DNA from: a virus
DNA: 28,268 nucleotides
UHGV virus genome: UHGV-0093355
Direction: 5' to 3' (one strand)
A program made the translations under genes and the position numbers. The notes below the pieces were generated by a model. That model was not told where the DNA came from. It ran no database searches and saw nothing but the letters and a program-made list of their open reading frames with translations. Numbering within the stretch: the first letter of the stretch is position 1; each line of letters starts with the position of its first letter. Positions 1 to 9,232 of this stretch are shown here, in pieces.

Positions 1-370
1 AGAAAAGAAAAGGTGGAGTCAGAACAGGATGAAAGTCGGAGGATAAAAAGTCAGTTCAAGTATGGAGGATTCAGTGGTTACCACCAGGAGCTTGCAATGG
101 GGACAGTGAATGTTAACGGTAGCCACCGGTAAATTTCAAAAAAGAGCATATACCTAATATTCAACTAAACAGTGGCATCTTCACTATCTTATTCTAAATA
201 TATTAAAGCCCTCATGGGGGTACCTGGGCAGGGCTTCATGTCTGTAATTCCTACTTATGTAGGAAATGTTGTACAGAACATTTATTATAATCCTATTCAA
301 ATATAATAATCAGCCATTATTATATTTAAACACTAGAGAGTGTCGTTGGTATTTAATGGGGAAAGGTGAG

Positions 371-688
371 ATGAAAAAGATAGCTGCTATATCATTAATT
401 AGTATTTTTATTATGTCTGGTTGTGCTGTGCATAATGATGAGACAAGTATCGGTAAATTTGGTCTTGCATATAAAAGTAATATTCAGCGTAAACTCGATA
501 ACCAATACTACACCGAAGCCGAAGCTTCTTTAGCCAGGGGCAGAATATCTGGTGCAGAAAATATAGTAAAAAATGATGCAGCTCATTTCTGTGTTACTCA
601 GGGCAAAAAAATGCAGATAGTTGACCTGAAGACAGAAGGTGCAGGATTACATGGCGTCGCTCGTCTGACATTCAAATGTGGAGAGTGA
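371..688 (+). CDS. Small putative lipoprotein (host flank), 105 aa
   Basis: ATG at 371 preceded by AAAGGTGAG; N-terminus MKKIAAISLISIFIMSGC has a signal peptide plus lipobox-like MSGC. The longer ORF from 266 has no convincing RBS. Family not recognised. Confidence 0.5.
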   Translation: MKKIAAISLISIFIMSGCAVHNDETSIGKFGLAYKSNIQRKLDNQYYTEAEASLARGRISGAENIVKNDAAHFCVTQGKKMQIVDLKTEGAGLHGVARLTFKCGE

Positions 689-857
689 GAATATTTTTGG
701 TAAGCGTCAAACATGCGCGTTCTGGTTGTGCTTAGCCGGAACCTGTGCGAGCACGATGCCGTTACGTGAAAGGCATCGTGCTATGAAGGGAGATTCTATC
801 GATGTGGTCAATGGAAGACGGTCACCTGGGATCAATCCGTCTCTATGGTTTATGCAC

Positions 858-884
858 AAAAAATAAGCCCGTGTAAGGGAGATT
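858..884. other. Phage attachment core (P2-type 27-nt core), prophage left boundary
   Basis: AAAAAATAAGCCCGTGTAAGGGAGATT lies directly outside the int gene and matches the P2 att core as I recall it. Sequence to the left is AT-rich non-phage DNA. Confidence 0.6.
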
Positions 885-963
885 TAGGGTGTCACCAGTA
901 GGGGCTTTCAACGGTACAATGCGGGTTTGAGCGGCATAAATTACCACTGAAAGCCCTTAAACG

Positions 964-1977
964 TTACTCTACTGTGGACACTGTGTGGACACTCTCGGCC
1001 TCAGTACCACCTCTTAGCGGATTAAGAGAAATGGCGTCCTGAAGGTACTCTGGCGCAAAATGAGCGTAAACCATAGTTTGCTCAATCCGCGTGTGACCTA
1101 GTATCCGTTGTAGCGTGATAATACTTCCTCCATTAATCATGAAATGAGTGGCAAAGCTGTGCCTTAGTGCATGTGTGGCTTGCCCCATTGGCAAATCCGG
1201 TTTTATTGCTTTCATTGTTCGTCTGAAGCGAGGGTAATCAGCATCAGGGAATAAAAAACCTCGTTTGTTATCCGCGATCATTTTGGCAACAGCCTCTGAG
1301 ATCGGGACGGTGCGTGGTTTGTTTGTTTTCGTTTTAACAAACGTGACGCGGTTATGGATGATATTTTCTGCTTTCAAACGAGCTGCTTCTCCCCAACGTG
1401 CTCCAGTACTCAGGCAAAGAATCGCAATCTTTTTGTTGTCGCCGTCAAGAGCAGCAAGCAGTAAGGCAATTTCTTCCTGCGTGAGATAGCCTGTGTCTGG
1501 TTTTTCCTCCTTAAGCCTTTTTGTCCCTCTGATAGGGTGCTCACCAAAGAATAACTCCGCTTCAATCAGGGCTGTAAACATGCCGCTAATACATGTTAAA
1601 TCACGATTGATACTCGAAGGTTTAATACCCTGACTTCTTCGGGTGGCGCAGTACTGGCTGATAAGCGATTTCGTAATTTGAAATGCGCATGGGTCATTCG
1701 TTATTTTTGTGAAGATTTCAATTTTTCCAAGATTAGATTTCCCATGCTCTTCGTGTTTACCCTTTAAATCCCACCAGATCTGTGTCAGCTCCGACAGACG
1801 TCGCTTGTCTGTTGGTTTTGATAGCCATTCTTTATTGTGGTGGTTGTACAACGTGTATTTCTCGAAAGCGACAGCTTCGCTTTTCTTATCAAACTTCCTA
1901 CGGATGCGTTTTCCATTACGTCCAGTAGGGCGGATGTCCACTTCATATCGACCATCATCGAGTTTTTTGATTGCCAT
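964..1977 (-). CDS. int: Tyrosine integrase, 337 aa (P2 Int-like)
   Basis: C-terminal catalytic region HALRHSFATHF...LGH...VYAH, typical of tyrosine recombinases; N-terminus MAIKKLDDGRYEVDIRPTGRNGKRIRRKF and length 337 aa match P2 Int; adjacent to att core. Confidence 0.95.
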   Translation of the reverse strand: MAIKKLDDGRYEVDIRPTGRNGKRIRRKFDKKSEAVAFEKYTLYNHHNKEWLSKPTDKRRLSELTQIWWDLKGKHEEHGKSNLGKIEIFTKITNDPCAFQITKSLISQYCATRRSQGIKPSSINRDLTCISGMFTALIEAELFFGEHPIRGTKRLKEEKPDTGYLTQEEIALLLAALDGDNKKIAILCLSTGARWGEAARLKAENIIHNRVTFVKTKTNKPRTVPISEAVAKMIADNKRGFLFPDADYPRFRRTMKAIKPDLPMGQATHALRHSFATHFMINGGSIITLQRILGHTRIEQTMVYAHFAPEYLQDAISLNPLRGGTEAESVHTVSTVE

Positions 1978-2092
1978 CAGAAAACCCTCCGAGTGGTGTG
2001 TTTTTTTGCGACTACTAATCGCTTTTTTCGTGGTGGCTGAAATTTAGCCACCAATAGTAGGCACTTGTGATGAATATATTCACGATGAATTG

Positions 2093-2392
2093 TTAACCAG
2101 TCTTTTGACCGGAGTGGGGCGACGTTGTTTCGTTTTGCCCAAAGTGTGCGAGAGCGGGCGCAATTTGCCCGGACTCAGGAGCGATCTGATTGGTCATGAA
2201 CCATAAAGTGTATTTGGTGAATTGTGGGGTCTGCAGGATGTTCATCATGACATCTGTTGGAGGTGTTGAACGACCACTTTCATAGTAACTCAGCGTGCCA
2301 TACGGAACCCCTGTTAAATCAGCAAGTTGTTGTCTGCTCAAATACTCTGATTTTCGCATTAAGACTATCTTCTCGCTTATCGTGTTTGACAT
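2093..2392 (-). CDS. C: Immunity repressor, 99 aa (P2 C-like)
   Basis: 99-aa protein with HTH segment LSRQQLADLTGVPYGTLSYYESG; divergent from cox; position between int and cox as in P2. Confidence 0.9.
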   Translation of the reverse strand: MSNTISEKIVLMRKSEYLSRQQLADLTGVPYGTLSYYESGRSTPPTDVMMNILQTPQFTKYTLWFMTNQIAPESGQIAPALAHFGQNETTSPHSGQKTG

Positions 2393-2506
2393 GGTGTTTA
2401 GATCTCAATAGTATTTAGTTTAGATGTAGATTGTTTAGTGCTTGGATGTGGGCACTAAAAGGCATTATAAGACATTAAACGCAATTCATGAGGGCTAGAG
2501 GACGAC
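2393..2506. promoter_or_regulatory. C/cox divergent promoter-operator switch region
   Basis: 114-bp intergenic region between divergent C and cox. TTTAGAT occurs at 2397-2403 and 2419-2425 (22 bp apart), with further TTTAG/TAGAT copies to 2440; consistent with direct-repeat operators of P2-type repressors. Promoter hexamers not mapped. Confidence 0.5.
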
Positions 2507-2782
2507 ATGAGCAAGCAAGTAACACTCATGACTGATGCGATTCCTTATCAGGAGTTCGCAAAACTAATAGGAAAATCGACAGGAGCGGTTCGTCGGATGA
2601 TCGATAAAGGAAAGCTGCCTGTAATTGATATGACCGATCCACAATCAGCTTCAGGTCGTGCAGGTGAATATTGGGTATACCTTCCGGCATGGAATAACGG
2701 ACTAAAACTGGCTTATGAAAGCCGCCCTAAAGAGATTCGTGACGGCTGGTTGATGTGGTTAGGTCTCGGTGAACCATGTTAA
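2507..2782 (+). CDS. cox: Cox excisionase / transcriptional repressor, 91 aa
   Basis: 91 aa, first gene of the early rightward operon; sequence recognised as P2 Cox-like. Confidence 0.85.
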   Translation: MSKQVTLMTDAIPYQEFAKLIGKSTGAVRRMIDKGKLPVIDMTDPQSASGRAGEYWVYLPAWNNGLKLAYESRPKEIRDGWLMWLGLGEPC

Positions 2783-2792
2783 GGAGAACCGT

Positions 2793-2963
2793 ATGAATGA
2801 GCCTCGTTGTATTGCTCAGTTACTGCGTAACGAAAGCCCCAGGGCGATTGACTTCACCATCACCCACGGTAAGGGGCGTAAGGGAATCATTATCCGCACC
2901 AAAAAACAGAGTCCGTTAAAAAAGGCTCTGACCTTTCTGAAAAGCCGGAGGGTATGGAAATGA
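2793..2963 (+). CDS. Small early protein, 56 aa (P2 orf78 position)
   Basis: ATG at 2793 with AAGGAG at 2781-2786; start chosen over the upstream ATG at 2769. Position only. Confidence 0.4.
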   Translation: MNEPRCIAQLLRNESPRAIDFTITHGKGRKGIIIRTKKQSPLKKALTFLKSRRVWK

Positions 2964-3460
2964 CAGTGATGACGCTCAATCTCGTTGAAAAACAGCCAGC
3001 AGCTATGCGCCGGATAATTGGTAAGCATCTTGCCGTTCCTCGCTGGCAGGATACATGTGATTATTATAATCAGATGATGGAGCGCGAACGGTTAACGGTT
3101 TGCTTCCATGCTCAGTTAAAACAGCGTCACGCAACGATGTGTTTTGAAGAAATGAACGACGTCGAACGTGAACGACTGGTATGTGCAATTGATGAATTGC
3201 GTGGTGCATTCTCAAAACGCCGTCAGGTTGGCGCAAGTGAGTATGCATATATTAGTTTTTTAACAGTCAGTCAGCGTCGTACTTTATTTATGCATGCCGG
3301 ATTGACTGAAAAAGAATTCAACCAGCCATACTGGCGAATTAATGAAGAGTCATGTTACTGGCGTGATGCTTTATTCCGTGCATTACGTGAATTATTCAGT
3401 CTGTTTGAGTATGCACCGACAATTCTGACGTCGGTAAAACCGGAGCAATATCTGCATTAA
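2954..3460 (+). CDS. Early replication-region protein, 168 aa (P2 gpB position)
   Basis: GGAGG at 2947-2951 before ATG 2954; size and position correspond to P2 B. Assignment is positional. Confidence 0.55.
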   Translation: MEMTVMTLNLVEKQPAAMRRIIGKHLAVPRWQDTCDYYNQMMERERLTVCFHAQLKQRHATMCFEEMNDVERERLVCAIDELRGAFSKRRQVGASEYAYISFLTVSQRRTLFMHAGLTEKEFNQPYWRINEESCYWRDALFRALRELFSLFEYAPTILTSVKPEQYLH

Positions 3461-3523
3461 GTAATTAACCAGAGTTTTTAACGTACTTAATTGTGCGGGG
3501 CTTCTTTTTGCCTGGAGAAAGTT

Positions 3524-3748
3524 ATGCATACAGTTTCTGAAAATCAGTGCGGTATATACGCATTACTGCTGCAACAGGCCAGAACCGAAGCACAGGCCGA
3601 CGCTGCGACGCGCTTTTCTTCTCATCTTGATGCCATGATTCGCCACATCACAAAGGCGGAGTTATCCCGCGTGGAGATAGTCGAGCTGCTCAGTCAGGAG
3701 TCGGAAAAATTTCACAATATCGGATTGTCTCGCGGGGAGGTGCTTTGA
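3524..3748 (+). CDS. Small early hypothetical protein, 74 aa
   Basis: GGAGAAA at 3514-3519 before ATG 3524; stop overlaps the next start (TGATG). Confidence 0.5.
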
Positions 3749-4047
3749 TGTCCTGTTCTCATTCAGTTGTATTACTGAATAACGCCTTAAAAATCGCCGT
3801 TATGAAAAATGGCGATTTGTCTCTTATTCAACTTTGTCTTGATAAAGAAAAACGCGACATCACTGAATCTGTTATCGCGATTTATCAGAATGAATTAAAC
3901 CTCCTGTCTGATGTGGTCAATTTACTTGTTAAACGCGCTGTATTCCACAAGCAAATTTCCTCAGTGGATGAACTGACAAAATTAACGACAGTACTTGCCA
4001 GTTATTGCGCTGATGTATCCAGGAAACTTAACGATAAAAGGAGCTGA
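3748..4047 (+). CDS. Small early hypothetical protein, 99 aa
   Basis: GGGGAGG at 3734-3740 before ATG 3748; translationally coupled to the upstream ORF. Confidence 0.5.
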   Translation: MSCSHSVVLLNNALKIAVMKNGDLSLIQLCLDKEKRDITESVIAIYQNELNLLSDVVNLLVKRAVFHKQISSVDELTKLTTVLASYCADVSRKLNDKRS

Positions 4048-4049
4048 TA

Positions 4050-4274
4050 ATGCCGGACAACATAGATTTTATTCAGGAACAACAGGCTGAATTACTGGAG
4101 CGCCAGATTAACGCGGCAAGGGTAAAACATTGCGGTGCTTCTGCGCTGGTTTGCGAAGAGTGTGACGCGCCAATACCTGCTGCCCGTCGTGCGGCTTACC
4201 CGTCAGCCACGCGTTGTGTTTCCTGTCAGTCAGTCTTTGAAGCAAAAAACAAACATTACCGGAGAACGGCATGA
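4050..4274 (+). CDS. TraR/DksA-family C4 zinc-finger protein, 74 aa
   Basis: Four Cys arranged C-x7-C-x2-C ... C-x2-C (CGASALVCEECD...CVSC); AAGGAG-like RBS before ATG 4050; occupies P2 orf82 position. Confidence 0.7.
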   Translation: MPDNIDFIQEQQAELLERQINAARVKHCGASALVCEECDAPIPAARRAAYPSATRCVSCQSVFEAKNKHYRRTA

Positions 4275-4552
4275 GTATTCGTATTGAAATTGGCGAGCGT
4301 TATGTCGTCACAAATGACCGTTTTCAGTTCATTTTGCAGGAGAGAAAGACCGCTGAAACCGGGAAGAATGCCGGTAAAGAGTGGCTGGATGTTGTCGGCT
4401 ATTACCCCAAATTAAACCAGCTCGTTTCCGGTCTGATCCATCACGATATTTTGAGCGGTAACGCTGTCTCTTTTGAGGCGCTGAGCTCTCAGGTTGAGCA
4501 GCTCGGTCAGCAGTGTCTGACTGCGTTTCTCTGTGCGGGGAAATCTAAATGA
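4271..4552 (+). CDS. Small early hypothetical protein, 93 aa
   Basis: GGAG at 4261-4264 before ATG 4271; ATGA overlaps with both neighbours. Confidence 0.5.
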   Translation: MSIRIEIGERYVVTNDRFQFILQERKTAETGKNAGKEWLDVVGYYPKLNQLVSGLIHHDILSGNAVSFEALSSQVEQLGQQCLTAFLCAGKSK

Positions 4553-5556
4553 TAGTTGATACCCGCTGCCGAGCTGAAAGCTCTATCAATATTATTTCTG
4601 TTTCTGGCGGAAAGGATAGCCTTGCTCAATGGCTTGTTGGTATTGAAAGCGGTGTGCATTTTTTGCCGGTTTTTGCAGACACCGGGCATGAGCATCCGCA
4701 GACAATGGAGTATCTCGATTATCTGGAGAACCGACTCGGGCCGGTTAAACGGGTTAAAGCTGACTTCTCCCGACAGATTGAAGGTAAGCGCAAGTTTATT
4801 GCTGAGAAATGGCCTGTTTCTCTGGTTGAAGAGTGCGGAATGTCTCCGGGGGAAGCGGCAGAGCGCATCAATTGTGCGCTGGAAATTCTCAAGCCTACTG
4901 GTATCCCATTTCTTGATTTGTGCATGTGGAAAGGGCGATTTCCTTCCACTAAAGCCAGATTTTGCACTTTTGACCTTAAACATGAGCCAGTACGTACTCA
5001 GGTCGTGTTACCTGCGCTTAATGAGTTTGATGAGGTAATTAGCTGGCAGGGGATTCGCGCTCAGGAGTCTCCTGCGCGCGCGGGTCTGCCTGCCTGGGAA
5101 GAGGATGCGGACAATACGCCCGGGCTCCATGTATACCGTCCTATTCTGAACTGGACGCATGAGGAGGTATTTGCATTTGCAAGACGTCATGGAATTAAAC
5201 CTAATCCGTTATACCAGCAGGGATGCAGTCGTGTCGGTTGTATGCCCTGCATCCACGCCAGAAAGTCTGAATTAGCTGAAATTTTTAGTCGCTGGCCGGA
5301 AGAGGTTAAGCGTGTTGCGGAATGGGAGCGACTTGTCGCCGCATGCTCCAGACGCGGAAATTCTACTTTCTTCCCGTCAACTCATGACCCGCGTCGTGCG
5401 GAACGCCGCATTGATATTATTACTGTCGATGCTTACGGAATTGAGTCTTATCGTGACTGGGCGATGACCACGCGTGGCGGGGCACAGTTTGATTTGCTGG
5501 CTTCGGTGAATGATAAGTCAGTTTGCAGTAGTGTCTATGCCGGTGTATGTGAATGA
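4549..5556 (+). CDS. PAPS-reductase-like (PP-loop) protein, 335 aa
   Basis: N-terminal SGGKDS motif (nt 4603-4620) typical of the PAPS reductase / PP-loop family; C-terminal Cys cluster CSRVGCMPC; ATGA start/stop overlaps at 4549 and 5553 couple it to the flanking genes. Confidence 0.8.
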   Translation: MIVDTRCRAESSINIISVSGGKDSLAQWLVGIESGVHFLPVFADTGHEHPQTMEYLDYLENRLGPVKRVKADFSRQIEGKRKFIAEKWPVSLVEECGMSPGEAAERINCALEILKPTGIPFLDLCMWKGRFPSTKARFCTFDLKHEPVRTQVVLPALNEFDEVISWQGIRAQESPARAGLPAWEEDADNTPGLHVYRPILNWTHEEVFAFARRHGIKPNPLYQQGCSRVGCMPCIHARKSELAEIFSRWPEEVKRVAEWERLVAACSRRGNSTFFPSTHDPRRAERRIDIITVDAYGIESYRDWAMTTRGGAQFDLLASVNDKSVCSSVYAGVCE

Positions 5557-7826
5557 GTCATTCTTTCCAGGAGCAATACACCTGCGTACCTCCGTCAGCA
5601 TTTGCTGCAGGCACCGGTAAGGCGTTTACCGGTGCTTATGCATGGAACGCGCCACGCGAGGCCGTCGGGCGCGAAAGACCCCTTACACGTGACGAGATGC
5701 GTCAGGTGCAAGGTGTTTTATCCACGATTAACCGCCTGCCTTACTTTTTGCGCTCGCTGTTTACTTCACGCTATGACTACATCCGGCGCAATAAAAGCCC
5801 GGTGCACGGGTTTTATTTCCTCACATCTACTTTTCAGCGTCGTTTATGGCCGCGCATTGAGCGCGTGAATCAGCGCCATGAAATGAACACCGACGCGTCG
5901 TTGCTGTTTCTGGCAGAGCGTGACCATTATGCGCGTCTGCCGGGGATGAATGACAAGGAACTGAAAAAGTTTGCCGCCCGTATCTCATCGCAGCTTTTCA
6001 TGATGTATGAGGAACTCTGCGATGCCTGGGTGGATGCCCATGGCGAAAAAGAATCGCTGTTTACGGATGAGGCGCAGGCTCACCTGTATGGTCATGTTGC
6101 TGGCGCTGCACGTGCTTTCAATATTTCCCCGCTTTACTGGAAAAAATACCGTAAAGGACAGATGACCACGAGGCAGGCATATTCTGCCATTGCCCGTCTG
6201 TTTAACGATGAGTGGTGGACTCATCAGCTTAAAGGCCAGCGTATGCGCTGGCATGAGGCGTTACTGATTGCTGTCGGGGAGGTCAATAAAGACCGTTCTC
6301 CTTATGCCAGTAAACATGCCATTCGTGATGTGCGTGCACGCCGCCAGGCAAATCTGGAATTTCTTAAATCGTGTGACCTTGAAAACAGGGAAACCGGCGA
6401 GCGCATCGACCTTATCAGTAAGGTGATGGGCAGTATTTCTAATCCTGAAATTCGCCGGATGGAGCTGATGAACACCATTGCCGGTATTGAGCGTTACGCC
6501 GCCGCAGAGGGTGATGTGGGGATGTTTATCACGCTGACCGCGCCGTCAAAGTATCACCCGACACGTCAGGTCGGAAAAGGCGAAAGTAAAACCGTTCAGC
6601 TTAATCACGGCTGGAACGATGAGGCATTTAATCCAAAGGATGCGCAGCGTTATCTCTGCCGTATCTGGAGCCTGATGCGCACGGCATTCAAGGATAATGA
6701 TTTACAGGTCTACGGTTTGCGAGTCGTCGAGCCACACCACGACGGAACGCCGCACTGGCATATGATGCTTTTTTGTAATCCACGCCAGCGTAACCAGATT
6801 ATTGAAATCATGCGTCGCTACGCGCTCAAAGAGGATGGCGACGAAAGAGGAGCTGCGCGAAACCGTTTTCAGGCAAAACACCTTAACCGGGGCGGTGCTG
6901 CAGGGTATATCGCGAAATACATCTCAAAAAACATCGATGGCTATGCACTGGATGGTCAGCTCGATAACGATACCGGCAGGCCGCTGAAAGACACTGCCGC
7001 GGCTGTTACCGCATGGGCGTCAACGTGGCGCATTCCGCAATTTAAAACGGTTGGCCTGCCGACAATGGGGGCTTACCGTGAACTACGCAAATTGCCTCGC
7101 GGCGTCAGCATTGCTGATGAGTTTGACGAGCGCGTCGAGGCTGCACGCGCCGCCGCAGACAGTGGTGATTTTGCGTTGTATATCAGCGCGCAGGGCGGGG
7201 CAAATGTCCCGCGCGATTGTCAGACTGTCAGGGTCGCCCGTAGCCCGTCGGATGACGTTAACGAGTACGAGGAAGAAGTCGAGAGAGTGGTCGGCATTTA
7301 CGCGCCGCATCTCGGCGCGCGTCATATTCATATCACCAGAACGACGGACTGGCGCATTGTTCCGAAAGTGCCGGTCGTTGAGCCTTTGACTTTAAAAAGC
7401 GGCATCGCCGCGCCTCGGAGTCCTGTCAATAACTGTGGAAAGCTCACCGGTGGTGATACTTCGTTACCGGCTCCCACACCTTCTGAACACGCCGCAGCAG
7501 TGCTTAATCTGGTTGATGACGGTGTTATCGAATGGAATGACACGGAGGTCGTGAGGGCGCTCAGGGGCGCATTAAAACACGACCTGAGAACACCAAACCG
7601 TCAGCAAAGAAACGGAAGCCCGTTAAAACCACATGAAATTGCACCATCGGCCAGATTGACCCGGTCTGAACGATTGCAAATCACCCGTATCCGTGTTGAC
7701 CTTGCTCAGAACGGTATCAGGCCGCAGCGATGGGAGCTTGAGGCGTTGGCGCGCGGGGCAACAGTAATTTATGAAGGTGAGCGGTTTAGTTATGCTGTAA
7801 AAGACGATTGGGTGATGTTTTCTTAA
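5553..7826 (+). CDS. A: Rolling-circle replication initiation endonuclease, 757 aa (P2 gpA-like)
   Basis: Conserved HxH metal motif (PHWHMM) and active-site tyrosine region AGYIAKYISKN; N-terminal region recognised as P2 A-like; position at end of early operon. Confidence 0.9.
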   Translation: MSHSFQEQYTCVPPSAFAAGTGKAFTGAYAWNAPREAVGRERPLTRDEMRQVQGVLSTINRLPYFLRSLFTSRYDYIRRNKSPVHGFYFLTSTFQRRLWPRIERVNQRHEMNTDASLLFLAERDHYARLPGMNDKELKKFAARISSQLFMMYEELCDAWVDAHGEKESLFTDEAQAHLYGHVAGAARAFNISPLYWKKYRKGQMTTRQAYSAIARLFNDEWWTHQLKGQRMRWHEALLIAVGEVNKDRSPYASKHAIRDVRARRQANLEFLKSCDLENRETGERIDLISKVMGSISNPEIRRMELMNTIAGIERYAAAEGDVGMFITLTAPSKYHPTRQVGKGESKTVQLNHGWNDEAFNPKDAQRYLCRIWSLMRTAFKDNDLQVYGLRVVEPHHDGTPHWHMMLFCNPRQRNQIIEIMRRYALKEDGDERGAARNRFQAKHLNRGGAAGYIAKYISKNIDGYALDGQLDNDTGRPLKDTAAAVTAWASTWRIPQFKTVGLPTMGAYRELRKLPRGVSIADEFDERVEAARAAADSGDFALYISAQGGANVPRDCQTVRVARSPSDDVNEYEEEVERVVGIYAPHLGARHIHITRTTDWRIVPKVPVVEPLTLKSGIAAPRSPVNNCGKLTGGDTSLPAPTPSEHAAAVLNLVDDGVIEWNDTEVVRALRGALKHDLRTPNRQQRNGSPLKPHEIAPSARLTRSERLQITRIRVDLAQNGIRPQRWELEALARGATVIYEGERFSYAVKDDWVMFS

Positions 7827-7909
7827 ACTGATGGCATCATGATACATTAACAAATCTGAAGCAATACTTTAGTAGTCGTGCATTAATAACTTATAAGGAA
7901 TTATTATCG

Positions 7910-9232
7910 ATGAGTGCGTTAAGGGATGAAGTATCTATGAAGGTTGCGTTCTCTAATGGCATGATAAACAAATTATGCAAAAGTTTTTTTTATAGTCATG
8001 GTAAGGAGCAGCCTTGTATTCAAGTCGGTAAAGCATTAGAAGATTTTGTTTTTTGGCTTGCATATAATGATGAGGAGATTGCAAAATGTGCTAGTAGGTT
8101 ATTAAAAGCATATGGCCCCCAATTAGGTATAAGTGACCTTCACAATGCGAAAAGATTATTGTTAGGTTTTTGTTCTGAAGCCTTCAATCGCATTGATGCT
8201 GATTTTCTGTCGCTTAATCCTGATAAGATTTGTGTTGATGATATTATAACGCAAGTTCATAGAAAAAATCTTAGTGAGATGTTTAAGTATTATATACTTT
8301 CACGAATAAAATTATGTCCATATATTTATAATCTTGGGTGTGCTGGCTTTGATGGGAAGCTTGAGCTTAGAGAAAATTTATTTTTATATGGCCCGGGGTT
8401 AGGGGTGGAATTACTTTCTGATATTAAAGACAAAACTGACATCAAGGTTCCTGTTGATTTTTATGATGATGAATATATGCGGCATAAACCAATTGGGAAG
8501 TATTTTCGACAGTCAAAATCCTGCTTGGTGGTGGCATATGCTTCATCAGAGGATAAAGCGGTGAAAATGTTTGATAGTTTGTTTGGAGCTTTATGTCTTG
8601 CAGTTGATAATCCTTTTGCGATTAATCGAGTTGCTGTTAATAATCTAGTTGAGTCTTTTGGTGTCGGGAAATATCATGAAAGTGAGTTTCGGGTGAATAT
8701 TCCGTCTGTATATAATTTAAATATAACGGATTCAGCCTTGGCGATACTTACAAAAATACTTTCATCACCTGATAAAAGGATGTTGTCTGCTCTTTCCTTT
8801 ATAGCGCACGGGTGGAGGGATGACAAACGTGAAAGGTTTTTGAATCAATTTATAGCATTGGATGCTATGTATGGAACCAATAATGGTAATAAAAATTCAA
8901 TTATTGGCGGTGTTTGCAGAGATGCGGCGAAAATTATTGATATTGATTCAAAAATAGGAATAATCTATGAGCTTAGGTGTAAGTTTGTTCATGGAGATAT
9001 TTCATCGTTATCTGATAATGATGGCTATCGAAAGTTTATTGATAGCTATGGCGTAGACCCTATTGTTTCTCTTTTTGAAATTCTTAAAGAATGCGTCCTT
9101 AATTATAATGGTACTTACAAAACGCCAAAAGATGTTGGAAAGGCAGATAGGTCTATTTGCGTTCCTGCTGAGTTGCTTCCAGCGGTTGAGAGGATGATAG
9201 CGGAATACAGTGGAGTTAAAAAAACAAACTAA
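7910..9232 (+). CDS. Cargo protein of unknown function, 440 aa (tin/old position)
   Basis: Single long ORF with AAGGA RBS before ATG 7910; strongly AT-rich compared with flanking A and Q; no Walker A motif, so not Old-like. Confidence 0.7.
   Translation: MSALRDEVSMKVAFSNGMINKLCKSFFYSHGKEQPCIQVGKALEDFVFWLAYNDEEIAKCASRLLKAYGPQLGISDLHNAKRLLLGFCSEAFNRIDADFLSLNPDKICVDDIITQVHRKNLSEMFKYYILSRIKLCPYIYNLGCAGFDGKLELRENLFLYGPGLGVELLSDIKDKTDIKVPVDFYDDEYMRHKPIGKYFRQSKSCLVVAYASSEDKAVKMFDSLFGALCLAVDNPFAINRVAVNNLVESFGVGKYHESEFRVNIPSVYNLNITDSALAILTKILSSPDKRMLSALSFIAHGWRDDKRERFLNQFIALDAMYGTNNGNKNSIIGGVCRDAAKIIDIDSKIGIIYELRCKFVHGDISSLSDNDGYRKFIDSYGVDPIVSLFEILKECVLNYNGTYKTPKDVGKADRSICVPAELLPAVERMIAEYSGVKKTN

Noticed and set aside
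1-132. Open reading frame entering from the left edge and stopping at TAA 130-132
   Set aside because: Only 43 codons visible, no start in window and no recognisable motif; cannot support a gene call.
207-236. Hairpin GCCCT...AGGGC upstream of the lipoprotein gene
   Set aside because: Short stem with a large loop and no convincing U-tract on the + strand; too weak to call a terminator.
678-866. 62-aa ORF on the + strand running into the att core
   Set aside because: No RBS, no recognisable protein features, and its 3-prime end is the att core; most likely a chance ORF over the integration junction.
2769-2792. Upstream ATG at 2769 as start of the small ORF after cox
   Set aside because: Would overlap cox by 14 nt without an RBS; the ATG at 2793 has a well-spaced AAGGAG, so the shorter ORF is preferred.
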